DNA from: Antedon mediterranea
Lineage: Eukaryota > Animalia > Echinodermata
Direction of reading: 5' to 3'
Assembly (NCBI RefSeq): GCF_964355755.1
Contig: NC_092675.1
Span: forward strand, 19,130,912 to 19,194,911
DNA length: 64,000 nt
A program made the translations under genes and the position numbers. The notes under the pieces were generated by a model that was not told the DNA's origin, made no database searches, and saw only the letters and a list, made by a program, of their open reading frames with translations. Each line of letters starts with the position of its first letter. Position 1 is the first letter of the stretch. Of this stretch, positions 28,567 to 41,602 are shown one piece after another.

Positions 28567-29196
28567 TGTAATATAATGATATACATTTATAATTAAGAAA
28601 TCAACCTTTGTATTAGATTTCAACTAAGTTCACGAACTTGGCCCAGAAAGTCCAGAGGAGAGTTTGTCCAGATGTTTTAAAAGTATATTTAGTGTATAAT
28701 TTGAACCCCTAAACAAAACACTTAGCTTAACCTTCTGACCTCTCCCGTCGTTAAACCAGGAGAGATTGACACTATTTAAGTACAGATTTGACAGTGTTAT
28801 CCATCATTGAAATACTATACCATTAATCACTCCCACCTAAACACCCTGGATAACTTAGGACCAATCAGTAACCTCTAAAATTACGTAATTGACATATGCT
28901 AATGAACTGATCCAATATACCCCCAAGTTTCAAAAGAGCCCAGACACACCTCACAGCCACTTCTCCAGAAGCAGACCTACGCACCTCACAGCCACTTCTC
29001 CAGAAGCAGACCTACACTCATATCTCACCGACAGCATCACTGATCCTCCGTTCCTTATACTTATAGTTGTATATTGTACTGTATCATTATTTAGTATAAT
29101 TATAACGTATTATTGAATAAACAATATATGTGTTACTACAGTTAAGCGAGTAAGAGTTTTCATTACAAGTCAGAAACCTCATAACACTATATTACA
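28567..29196 (+). mobile_element. Solo LTR (630 bp)
   Basis: TGTAATATA...TATATTACA termini, 4-bp TSD AAAG on both sides, AATAAA at ~29116. Confidence 0.8.
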
Positions 29197-29401
29197 AAAG
29201 GAACAATTTTTGTATGTTAATGACTTTTAATTGCTAAAATGACAGTTTACTTGTATCTTGTAATGATTTAATTGTTTGTTGTTTCTGTTAATCTGTATAG
29301 CTCTTTTATCATCTGGAAAGGTGCTTTATAAATAATGAATAATAGTAATGATAATAATTTTAATAATAATTTTAATAATAATAATAACATGACACCCTTA
29401 A

Positions 29402-29742
29402 CGATGTATTATCCCCCTGAAAAAATAATTCTTAGTTAACACAATTTTTATAGATATACATATGCAATTTTAATAATTTTAACACAATAGTTATCCACTT
29501 TGACCAAAAAATAGATCGAAAAAAATGTATTTACATGAAAAAACTGTATTTTATAGCCAAATAGGTTTCGTTGAATTTACCCATTTATTTTGCCATTTTA
29601 AAGGCCTAAGTGAAAACATTTTTTTTTTCATTTTTTTTCTACAGAAATGATTAACTTCCTTAAAACTACAAAATAACATACCGTATTCAAAGTCTGATTT
29701 AATTAATCCTACTTTGTCATGTTTTTGGGGGACAATACATCT
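29402..29742. mobile_element. Kolobok-like MITE
   Basis: TTAA|CGATGTATTATCCCCC ... GGGGGACAATACATCT|TTAA. Confidence 0.7.
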
Positions 29743-29790
29743 TTAATGTTCAAATCTGTAGAAATTCATAATCCACTATAGGCCTAATAT

Positions 29791-31770
29791 CGTATCCGGA
29801 TATTCACCCCCTGACATTTACCCCCCGGAAAACTACCCCCCCCCCCCGGACAACCACCACCTGGACCACTACCCCCTTAGGACAACTACCCCTTTAGGAC
29901 AACTACCCCCCGGACAAATACCCCCCGGACAACTACCCCCTTAGGAAACAACCCCCTTAGGACAACTACCCCCTGGACAACTACCCCCCGGACAATTACC
30001 CCCTAGGAACAATTACCCCCTAGGAACAATTACCCCCCGGACAATTACCCCCCCCCCCCCCGGGTAATTACCCCGCGGACAACTACCTCTGACACAATAC
30101 TCCCCGTAGGACAACTACTTCCTGGACAATACTCCGAGGGCAAATAATCTTTTAGGACAACTACCTCCGTAGGACAACTAACCCCTGGACAACTACCCCC
30201 CGGACAATTACCCCCTAGGAACAATTACCCCCTGACAATTACCCCCGGAGAATTACCCCTCCCCCGGGTAATTACCCCGCGGACAACTACCTCTGACACA
30301 ATACTCCCCGTAGGACAACTACCTCCTGGACCTGGACAATACTCCGAGGGCAAATAATCTTTTAGGACAACTACCTCCGTAGGACAACTAACCCCTGGAC
30401 AACTACCACCCAGACAACTATCCCTTTAGAACAACTACCCCCCGGACGGACAACTACCACCCAGACCATTCAACAACCTGACTCTGCAACAGTGTATAAT
30501 AGGAATTAATAACTATATTTTAATTCGTTACTTTGACGAATTACTATTCATTATTGTAAACAAAAGTAAAAGATTGAACATAAATATAGCCTGGTATAAA
30601 CTGAAGATTGTCACACATGATCATAGGATAGTCGAACGTATTATATAGTACTCCCTATTTACTGTAAAGACTGGGTTCGCTAATAATAATAATAATTTTT
30701 GCGTCAGGACAATGCTTCGATAACCACTGGTCTTAAAAGAATTAATTTTTGTCTAAAATTTGTCATATATGTATTTTTGTACACTTGAAGAATAATATCA
30801 CTTTTGATATTTGACCTCAATGTTCACTCACCGAATAAACGGCGATCTTTAAATAAATTCCCCTCAAATAAACGGTGACCATGTCACTCCCATGAAACAT
30901 CATATGGAATAATCGGCGTCTATTTCCATTAGATTATACCCCCTCCCAATGAATAAACAACTTTCTTCCAATAAATGTCCACCTAAAAACCACCTAAACA
31001 ATAAACAGCCCAGGCCGTTTTTTCAATAAATACGGTACTTTAAATCTAGCACATCTAGCGTGCTGTTAAACAGAATAATCGGTTAAAACGGGTGTTTCGA
31101 AACTAGAGACCCGAGACCAGAGACCAGATACCCAATACGAAAAGGGAGACCTAAATATACGAAAAGGGAGACCCACGTACGAAAAGGGAGACCCCACTAT
31201 ACGAAAAGGGAGACCCCACTATACGAAAAGGGAGACCCTAATATACGAAAAGGGAGACCTAAATAAAAGGGAGACCCAAATATACGAAAAGGGAAACCCA
31301 AATATACAAAATGGGAGACCCAAATATACGAAAAGGAAGACCCACTATAAGAAAAGGGAGACCCCCACTATACGAAAAGAGAGACCACACTATACGAAAA
31401 GGGAGACCCTAATATACGAAAAGGGAGACCCTTTTCGTATTGGGTCTCGTGTCAGGTCTCTGGTCTCGGGTCTCTAGTTTCGAAACACCCGTAAAAAACA
31501 GATTATTTCATTTTTACAGAAACCGGTCATATATATTTGTCTACTTTTGGATTGGGGGGGGGGGGGGGTAGTTGACCGGGGGGGGGGGTAGTTGACCGGG
31601 GGTAGTTACCCGGGGGGTAGTTATCCTAAGGGGGTAGTTGTCCTAAGGGGGTGGTTGTCGGGGGGGTAGTTGTACGGGGGGTTGTTATCCTAAGGGGGTA
31701 GTTGTCCTAAGAGGGTAGTTGTCCGGAGGATCCGGGGGGTAACTGTCTAGGGGATAGGTGTCCTAGAACC
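29791..31770. mobile_element. Foldback-type (MULE-like) element with inverted minisatellite arms
   Basis: Left arm (ggacaactaccccc)n at 29791-30470; right arm is the reverse complement at 31553-31770. 9-bp TSD GCCTAATAT at 29782-29790 and 31771-31779. Confidence 0.8.
31089..31491. mobile_element. MITE nested in the foldback element, with an internal ~21-bp tandem array
   Basis: TIR CGGGTGTTTCGAAACTAGAGACCCGAGACCAGAGACC; internal (tatacgaaaagggagaccc..)n. Confidence 0.8.
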
Positions 31771-32805
31771 GCCTAATATGTACAAAAACTCAACGTTAAT
31801 GTATAGAAACAAAATTATAGGTCTGCAAATATTCAAATCATTCCACCTAATTTTAAATATACACGGGATTTTTTCCAACATAATGTTTTTAATATATAGC
31901 CTCACAGGCTGAAATAATCTGTTTTGCTTAAAAAAAAAACCCAACGATGTTCCGGGATGAAGACTGACACGGACGTGGTAGCTGTTTAATTGTTGTAGAT
32001 GACATGTTTCCACACGATTCTCTCTTATTTCAAATGAAATGTACAATATAATGAAATGAGTTACATTAAATGTAGGCTATTTGTGTTATGCTTTGAACAA
32101 TTTATGCAATTTGAAATTTCGCAATTTGAATCAAAATATAGATTCAAATTACGCAATCGTGTTTTTTCAGTATTTAATAAAAGCAAAGTATAGGCCTATA
32201 GTAATCTGCTCTGTTACGTATAAAAAATGGAAGTAAAAGATTAACATGTTATTAAAATTGAGCAAAGATTTTCTTGATGTTGATTAAACTGATTTTTCTT
32301 AAAAAAAGGATTTGCACATTTCCCTTTCCGGCACATTTAACGTCAAAACTATCGTTTTTACATAGGCCTAACGGCGTGATGTTTTACAAGTGAAATAGAT
32401 GTTTACAGATTTGCACATTTGAGGGTACCATGTGTGCATAAATGGTGTGTTTGCACATTTAAGGGCAAAATGTTTGCACAAATTTGACTTTTTGCACATC
32501 TCACGACAACAGACTCTTTCTAAAATCAACTCCATGGTGAACCCCGAATTAGTTCAAATAATATTATGGTAACGGGGTTTGTACGCTACTTTACATTATT
32601 ATTATAGAGACACGACAGAACAAACTCTGCTTATAAATGCACCAATAACTTGAGAAGAGAATAACATGATGACAGAGCTGGTGATTAAGAAATGTAAAAT
32701 ATTAGAAGGACTTTTTTTGTGTACAATACAAATGACAAATTGCGCATGCGCTAAAAAATCTTGAGGGCGTGATTCTTTATTCCGTCATCGTATTATAAAA
32801 TCAAC

Positions 32806-35800
32806 ATGAATAAGGAGCAAAGTGAAATTTGCTTACAAAGGTCTAAAAATTATATAAAAGAGGGGGATTATGAAAGGGCTAGAAAATTTCTTCTTAAAGC
32901 AGAAAAGCTTTATGAATCAGATGAAGCAAAACGTGAGTATTTATCTGTTTTTGTAATGAAATGAAACATCAGTTTTCTAAGCCTTACTTGCGTCTAACAA
33001 ACGACAGTACTGCTCGTCAGGCTTGTCTGCCCGCATCGTTGAGGTTTGGGTATGCCGATGGAGTTGGCTTAGGCCTAGGTCCGACCTAGGTAGAATCATA
33101 GGAAGTGACTACTTTATGCTTGATTTTTGTTTTATTTTTCTAAACTTAAACCAAATAAATTTATTTAAATCACTGATACTAAATACTATTATAGGCCTAA
33201 GTACTACTTTCTAGTCTCACAGTACAGGTTTTTTATATCGCCGTGGTTAGGATTCCGGCACCGGAACCCAACTGCCCAGCGTTAGGGAATCCGACACGCT
33301 ATTGCGCATGCCCAGAGCGAGGTAATCGGCGACTCTATACTATACCAATTCTTTGACTATACAGCGATGGATCATTTCATAGCTGCGCCACACACGGCGA
33401 ACTAGCCTAGATGCCTACTAATAATGCGGGATCCACTAATCTAGGCCTACCAGTTAGACGTGACCAGTGGGCCTATTTATTTTGTAATTAAAAAGTGGTT
33501 GCTGCATTCTTATATAAACTTCATATCATTATGAATTATATAATTACATGACTAGTTTTATGGTTTTTCATAACGCATTTAATATACTGTACATAACATG
33601 CAATATTCACAAGTTGATTTGTTGACGGCAGCCACCGCGTGGATGTGAAAAAACTGTTCGGGAATTCGGGGTCGTAACGTTAAAAACAGCATTACGATTC
33701 TTAGATAGATACTGATTCTTATTAATATCATTATAATTATTTTAACGCGTGGCGTAGTCGTATTTTAATTATTAATTCATGTATGGCATAGGCCAAGTTT
33801 CATCCATCTCTCGCTCGCGCAACGACTCGACTATCTAGGCTACAGTAAATCCCTATAACACTCCGACTCTCGGTGGTGTGGTGTGTGGCACTATTAGTGC
33901 AAGCTATAATTCACTTCCCAGAGCTCTGGGCATGCGCAATATCGTGTCGGATTCCCTAACGGTGGGCAGTTGAGTTCCGGTGCCGGAATCCTAACCACGC
34001 GCTTTTTATATCGCCGTTGCTAAAGATACGGTACCGTATCCATGCTTTTAAAAACTAAAGATACGGTAATTATAGAGGGCGCTTCCGTTTGGTAAAAGTA
34101 CGGTAAAATTGCATTCCTAAAACTCGTACCTAAATATAAAACTCCTTCCTAAATATAAAACTCCTTCCTAAATATTAAACTCCTTCCTAAATATTAAAAA
34201 CCTAACCCTCTAAATAATCTCTCTTAAATTAAAAACTAAAAAAAAAAAAAAAAAAAAGACGTCAAGAAGAGTATCGAACCCCCAACCCCTTAAGCCAAAG
34301 CCTCATCACATGCCCACTAGGCTACACAGCTGGCTTGCAGAAAACCAATGCAATAACCTATTTGATTAACATCCACATTACATAGCGCCCTCTATAATTA
34401 CCGTACCTTTAGTTTTTAAAAGTATGGATACGGTACCGTATCTTTAGACATAACGTTTTTCATATTAAATAAATGTAAATAAAAAAATATTTTTTAGTGG
34501 TCAATCAAGTCATAAATAGATTTTAAAATTTATAATCTACTACATTATTAATATTATTATCACTTAACTTAAGTAATGTATATTACTGTATTATAATCAA
34601 ATGAAATAGACTTCATTATTTACCAGCAATAAAAAAATCTTACAAAAATATGTAACCCGACCCACGCCATGGGTGGCTAGTTTTCTATCGATTTGGGAAA
34701 CAATAGTAATCACTTATATTATGTAATTGTTACTTTCACAGAATTATTGGTTGATCTTGATGATTTAATAAATAAAGCCAAAGAAGAAACACCAAATGGA
34801 TGGACACAGACAGAAGAAGAAGAAACAGATGCAAACCACACACAAGAAGAAGCACAAAGTACGACTAGGCAAAGACAGAGAATGTTTTCAGGGGAGAAGA
34901 CGTATACAAAGGAGCAGACAGAAGGTGTAAATAGGTATGAGCTCCACATGGGTGGGGGACACCGACGCTATACAAGTTTTCATTTATTATTTACCTCCGC
35001 CAAAGAGGTATATGTAATCGGTAGCGTGTGTTTGTTACTTGGCCAAATTGAAAATTGGCCAAGTATGTTGATCTGTTTGGTTTGTGTGTTTGTTTGTTTG
35101 TTTGTTTGTCATCACTCTAGCGCTCACAGTTTTGATTCGAATAACTCCAAATTACTACCAAACATGTCACCTGGGGCAAGGAAGACACCGCCCAATTTTG
35201 GTTAAAATCCGTACCACGGTTCCAATTCTGGGCCACTTTTAAAAATTATTTTCAGACCTGCTAGTGTTAAAAGATAGGACAGAATTATAAAAAGCCGTTG
35301 GGCAGTCTTAAATTAACAAGTACTTAAATTGCATTTTCTCGGGAAGTACTTGTCCAAAAAACTTCATTTTTGTACAAGAGGCAAGTGTTATAATTTGTGA
35401 TTTGTAATTTTAAAACTAAATTAGATTTAATATAGAGGTTTTTTGATGCGAGTAGTTTACAAAACCTATTTCTCTTCAAATTCACCAGTGTGTTTTTCGC
35501 GTTGCTGTTCTATTGTTCGGTTTGTGTGTGTGTTTGTCATCGCTCTATCGCTCACAATGGTAAATACACAGAGGAATCTTTCTTCAAATGTTAGTCAGTT
35601 GTGTATGGCTCGGTGGTCTGTGCTGGTGTCTACAGCATTTAAGTTACCGAGATCGAGTCTCACCTTGGGAAATGAAACGAAATCAGATTTTTTTTTTATT
35701 GGTTGTTCAAGTATATTTATTCGTATATAAATTAGGCCTATACGGCTGATTTATAATTAAATCTAGAGAAATTATGTCTCTATTTTCATGTTACATGGGA

Positions 35801-38800
35801 GGTTTATGACATATACTGAACTTTGATCGGGTTAAAATCGGTCAAGGTCAAGTTTGTTTAGGAGGCCAATTTTGATTTGGCCAAGTATCGCGCTATGCGC
35901 GAAGGCTAGTTTGTCTGTTTGTTTGTTTGTTTGTTTGTCATCACTCTAGCGCTCACAGTTTTGATTCGAATGACTCCAAATTACTACCATACATGTCACC
36001 TGGTGCAAGGACGACACTGCCCAATTTTGGTTAAAATCTGGACCACGGTCCCAATTTTGGACCACTTTTAAAAATTATTTTCAGACCTGCTAGTGTTAAA
36101 AGATAGGACAGAATTATCAAAATCCGGTGAGCAGTCTTAAATTAACAAGTAAACTGAAATTACATTTTCTCGAGAACTACTTGTCCAAAAAACTTCATTT
36201 TTGTACAAGAGGCAAGTGTTATAATTTGTGATTTGTAATTTTAAAACATAATTAGATTTAATGTACAGGTTTTTTGATGCGAGTAGTTTTAAAAACCTAT
36301 TTCTTTTCAAATTCACCCGTGTGTTTTTCGCGTTGGTGTTCTATTGTTAGCCGACTGAAGCTATTGTTCGTTGAAAGGCTGGTTACATAACCTGTACACC
36401 AAACTCATGTACATGATAGTAATGAAATTAGCCTAAATCACACAGCATAAGACACACACTTTTGGTGCAAATTTGGGTCAATGTCAGGAGGCCAATTTTG
36501 ATTTGGCCAAGTATCGCGCTATGCGCGAAGGCTAGTTTGTTTGTTTGTTTGTTAGCAGGATTACTCAAAAAGTAATCACAAGATCTGTACCAAAATGAAT
36601 AGACAGATAGATATGTGGTCAAGGACCATTCCATTAAATTTTGGGACCATTTGGGACCACAGTCCCAATTCTGGACCACTTTTTAGTATACTTTTTCAGA
36701 CCTGCTAGTGTTAAAAGATAGGACAGAATTTTTCAAAAGCCGGCGAGCAGTCTTAAAGTAACAAGTGAACTGAAATTGCATTTTCTCGAGAACTACTTGT
36801 CCAAAAAACTTCATTTTTTAACAAGAGGCAAGAGTTATAATTTGTGATTTGTAATTTTAAAACATAATTTGATTTAATGTGCACGTTTTTTTATACCAGT
36901 AGTTTAAAAAACCTATTTCTTTTCAAATTCACTCGTTTGATTTTCGCGTTGCTGTTCTATTGTTAGTCAACTGAAGCTATTGTTAATTGAAAGGCTTCTT
37001 ACATAACCATTACACCAAACTCACATACACATGCTTGTAATGAAATAAGCCTAAATCACAAACAGCATTAAGACTAAAAATATATATATATATTTTTTTA
37101 CCGGAGATATCTTATGTAGGAGAATTTTACAGTAGGCGGAGCCTAGGTATGCACTCTCGGAGTGGCTTTCTAGTTATTATTATGATTGATAGAACCACCA
37201 CTTCATCACTAACATAAAATGTTATAGAAATATGCGCTATAAAAGTATATAGGTTAACGATTACATTTACTTGAAATAGATAAATGGAATGAGTGGTGAG
37301 CTTAATATTTGGTTCCATTTCTGAATAAGAACAAACAATTTAGATGATTAGTATGCTTACGGACTTACAAAAAAAAAGTTTCAAGATGATGATTGTGATG
37401 ATGATAATTTAAAGCATAAAGGCCAATTTACAAAGACGAGCGGTAACGGTAAGCGGAAAACCGCGTAGCTTGTCCGTAGAATCTGTATCTGTATCCTAGG
37501 CGAAAACTGCTTGTCTGCTCCGCGTTGTGTGTAAATGGTCATAAGAAATAACATTGATTCTATATTTGTGTTACCGTTACCGCTTGTCTGTGTAAATTGG
37601 CCTTAAATGGAAATGAAAGCTAGTGGACAAAACATAAAAGAGCTAGGCCTACTACTGTAGTTTGCAAAGTAACTTGATAACAACTTATTACTGTAGGATA
37701 ATAAGGCTTTAATGATAATCAAATAAAATAAAAGTACTTTGGAGCTATGATAGTACTAATACTAATTTTGTTTTTTTATAGAATTAAAAAATGTAGTAAT
37801 TTTTATGAAATACTTGGTGTTGCACAAGATGCAGAAGAAATGGAAATTAAAAAAGCATATAGAAAGTTAGCATTAAAGTTTCACCCGGATAAGAACTATG
37901 CACCTGGTGCTGATGAGGCATTTAAAGGTAATTATACTGCCATTTCAGAATCTGGTGTAGGTCTGAAATTGAGAGATTTTTTTAGATGAATCAATTGTAG
38001 TTGGTCAACTTTCTTCCTTTTTATGGAGGTGGAGTGAGGAGTGTAAACTTATGCTTGTGTAATTATGTCTATATCATTATCAGCACGGTACTAAACTGAC
38101 ATAATGTACAATTTACTGGATCACTGAAAAAAATCAATTTCAACATGCGTGGTGATTTATAGTAGTGTGGTCTAGTTTACAACTGTATGGTTGTTTAATC
38201 CTTTACTCTTAGTCAGGAAACATTAACAATTATATATATAACAGTATAAGGGAAACTGTACGTACAGTAATTGGTATGGTACTGCAGTAAAACTGGATTT
38301 TCTTTCTTTAGTGATTGGAAAAGCATTTGCTGTACTCCGTGATCCAGAAAAACGGAAAAAATATGACTTATATGGAGAAGAAACGCAAAACGTTTCCCGG
38401 AGGACACGTCATAGTCACAATGGGTTTTACTATGATTCAAGGGGTTTTGATGGTAAGTTTAAAATCTGTATATCAGGCTAAGTATACTGTACAATGACAC
38501 TAATTTAAACTTAAATGCAGTGTCCCCTTACTGGAGTGGTAAAACATTTGTTACTCCCTTACAGGAATGTGTCCCCTTAATAGGGGTTGATCATAGTTGC
38601 CACTCATTGGTTTTCCGGAAAAGTATCCCTTTAAATAGGGATTTACCCATTAAAAGAGGCATCATTGTTTTACAAAATATTTATATAAGTTATTAATTAT
38701 TTGATTTTCAGAGGACTTTTCACCTGATGATCTATTTAATATGTTTTTTGGCGGAGGATTTCCAAATGGTAACGTACGTGTATATTCTAATGGTCGACAC

Positions 38801-41602
38801 TATGAAAGGCATACAAGGAGAACAGGTCATTCAGATGTAAGTCCTCAATAATACGGCTATATTTATGGGTCATTTGCTGAAAACCAGAGTTAAGAAAGTT
38901 TATAGGTCAAATTGTATTGAATTGATCAAAATTAATTGATTGTTATTATTTACCTTTCCACGTATTTGTGTATGTGTATATTTTAATGGTCGACACTACT
39001 GTATGAGAGACATACAAGAAAAGTAGTTCATTCAGAAGTCCTGAATAATAAAACTATGTATGGGCTCATTTGCTGAAAACCAGAGTTAAGAAAGTTCACT
39101 TATATATAGGTCAAATGGTATTGAATTGATCAAAATTAATTGATTGTTTTTTACCTTTCCATGTATTTGTGTATGTGTATATCTAATGGTCGACACTACT
39201 GTATGAGAGACATACAAGGAAAGTAGTTCATTCAGATGTAATTCCTGAATAATACAACTATATGTATGGGCTCATTTGCTGAAAACCAGAGTTAAGAAAG
39301 TTCACTTATATATAGGTCAAATGGTATTGAATTGATCAAAATTAATTGATTGTTATTTACCTTTCCATGTATTTGTGTATGTGTATATCTAATGGTCGAC
39401 ACTACTGTATACAAGGAAAGTAGTTCATTCAGATGTAATTCCTGAATAATACAACTATATGTATGGGCTCATTTGCTGAAAACCAGAGTTAAGAAAGTTC
39501 ACTTATATATAGGTCAAATGGTATTGAATTGATAAAAATTATTATTTACCTTTCCATGTATTTGTTTCAGACACAGTATGGTGTTCTTACACAAGTTTTG
39601 CCCATTTTGGTGTTAGTGTTAATGTCTCTGTTGTCTGCAAATTTTCTCAATGACAGTCCATACAGTTTAACAAGACATGGGTAAGTAATGCTAATAATAA
39701 TTTGATATTTTAGAAGGTTATTAACAACCACACTGTAGTGTATATTGAATGTATTTTCATTTTCTAATTTATGGCCACCAAGCTCAAATAACGACACTAT
39801 GCAAAATGTAGTAATAACTAATTAATGTACATTTTAAACTATTTTAAAGCTATTTTTTCCCCATCCAGAAAAAAAATAGTATATGGGCAATTAAAGTATA
39901 ATAGTTACCTAGCCTAGACGTTAAAAATAATATAATGTTAAAATTGTTAAATTTTACTTGTACTTTTTTTCACAGTCCATACTCAGTGAGGCGTAAAACT
40001 GCTGACATTGAAGTAACTTATTATGTTAAGGTAAACAATATTTTTATTGAATTTTATTTGACACGTTTCAATATTGTTATGGAACGAAGTACCAATGTTA
40101 TATTCAAATTAAGTAACCTTGATTAATAAAGAAAAGAATATTTAATTGTAAATCTTCAATAGTCAGATTATATTTTTGATTTGTGACTATTGTGCAATTA
40201 TGTAATTCCAAAGACAATAGTATGTATCCTGCCAAATGCTATTCTTATTGGCAGAGTACAGTATGCTAAAGATTTTCCTGTTTTCAACTGCTCAACAACA
40301 AACAATTTGTAATTGATTGTAGCCTTGATTTCATTAATGAAATATGTGGTTAATTTTTTGAAAATAAATTTAAGATCAAGTTAGTGATATAAATAACAAA
40401 GAACATAGTATAATTTTTGTTTTTGTGCAACGAAAAAACCAGGTTAATTCCTGCATAAAGTTTAAAAAAACTATAGTAAATGTTTGTATGGACACCCTTT
40501 GCCTAGAATTCAGTTGGGAAACAAACATCATTTATAGTGAAGAAATTGGTCAATTTCTATTTTTTAGGAGGATTTTTCTAAAACATACTCAGGGCGTATT
40601 CATCATGTTGAGAGGTCCGTTGAAGAACACTTTCTGCAGAATCTACGGACTGCGTGTATACGAGAAAAGTCTCACAGTATGTGTACATTTGCTTACATTT
40701 GCCAATTGTTTATGCAATTTTCTAGTTGAGAACCAACCTGGTCCACTACTTGCCTTGATATATTTCTAGCCTTGTGTTACCTACTGAAAACTCTACCAGG
40801 TTAATAACCTGGTCAATAACCAGGTCCACCACTTGCCTTGATAGATTCCTAGTCTTGTGTTACCTAGTGAAAACTCTACCAGGTTAATAACCTGGTCAAT
40901 AACCTGGTCCACCACTTGCCTTGATATATTTCTAGTCTTGTGTTACCTAGTGAAAACTCTACCAGGTTAATAACCTGGTCAATAACCTGGTCCACCACTT
41001 GCCTTGATAGATTCCTAGTCTTGTGTTACCTAGTGAAAACTCTACCAGGTTAATAACCTGGTCAATAACCTGGTCCACCACTTGCCTTGATATATTTCTA
41101 GTCTTGTGTTACCTAGTGAAAACTCTACCAGGTTAATAACCTGGTCAATAACCTGGTCCACCACTTGCCTTGATAGATTCCTAGTCTTGTGTCACCTAGT
41201 GAAAACCACACCAGGTCCACCATTTTTCATGATTTATTTCTATGAAAGACAGGGATCGACCAGTACACCGAACTAGCCTCTTCTCTTTTTTTAAAATGCA
41301 CTGGGTTCTTTAAGGCGAAAAATGTACACTAGACTGTACCTCTTTCTAAAAAGAATTTTTCTACCTCCAGAACAATGGTAGAGGAGAAGGTTTTTAATTT
41401 ATACATAGCGCCCCTGACTTGACCACAACATGTTTTTGAGAACTGCCTAATGTATTGTGATAATTTATGTTTTGTTTTTCCAGGGGAAGGATTAATGTCA
41501 AAAGCCAGATATTTCGGAGATAGGAAACTTTATGAGCAAGCACAAAGTAAGACAACACCAAGCTGCACAAAGTTCAACAGCTATATGGAAAATAATAGAT
41601 AA
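32806..41602 (+). CDS. DNAJB12: DnaJ homolog subfamily B member 12/14 (ER membrane J-protein), 374 aa; exons 32806-32932, 34742-34934, 37782-37927, 38312-38452, 38712-38836, 39571-39680, 39976-40030, 40568-40676, 41484-41602
   Basis: N-terminal [10 protein letters not shown]...[10 protein letters not shown]; J domain FYEILGV...[25 protein letters not shown]; [16 protein letters not shown]; TM segment [14 protein letters not shown]; luminal tail PYSL...YYVK...C..EK...TPSC. NRF1-type motif at 32741. Confidence 0.95.
33239..34002. mobile_element. Non-autonomous element with ~80-bp TIRs
   Basis: CGTGGTTAGGATTCCGGCACCGGAAC...GCGCATGCCCAGAGC mirrored at ~33922-33999; flanked by TTTTTATAT on both sides. 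Confidence 0.8.
34012..34456. mobile_element. Second TIR element abutting the previous one
   Basis: CTAAAGATACGGTACCGTATCCAT...GGTAATTATAGAGGGCGCT mirrored at ~34384-34447; internal 19-bp tandem cctaaatataaaactcctt x4. Confidence 0.75.
34991..37175 (+). mobile_element. Helentron-type non-autonomous element with ~3 long internal tandem blocks
   Basis: 5' ttacctccgccaaagagg, (gttt)n tracts, 3' aggcggag...gcactctcggagtggctttctagtt. The block cagacctgctagtgttaaaagataggacagaatt recurs at ~35253, 36082 and 36697. Confidence 0.75.
37420..37603. mobile_element. Harbinger-type MITE, family B
   Basis: TAA|AGGCCAATTTACA...GCGGTAACGGTAA ... TTACCGTTACCGC...TGTAAATTGGCCT|TAA. Confidence 0.8.
38776..39565. 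repeat. Four ~200-bp tandem copies spanning the DNAJB12 exon 5 end and the following intron
   Basis: aatggtcgacac at 38789, 38985, 39185 and 39391. Confidence 0.9.
40733..41222. repeat. 83-bp minisatellite (~6 copies) in DNAJB12 intron 8
   Basis: ggtcaataac at 40811, 40894, 40977 and onward; alternating gatatattt / gatagattc variants. Confidence 0.9.

Noticed and set aside
34262-34335. tRNA-like sequence on the minus strand
   Set aside because: Only a B-box-like remnant inside a TIR element, with no cloverleaf.
34935-35730. Extension of ORF 34693-35205 and ORF 35443-35730
   Set aside because: Read-through from DNAJB12 exon 2 into a Helentron-type repeat.
40733-41222. CRISPR-like regular repeats (also 31135-31430)
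   Set aside because: There are no unique spacers or cas genes, and the context is eukaryotic; these are minisatellites.
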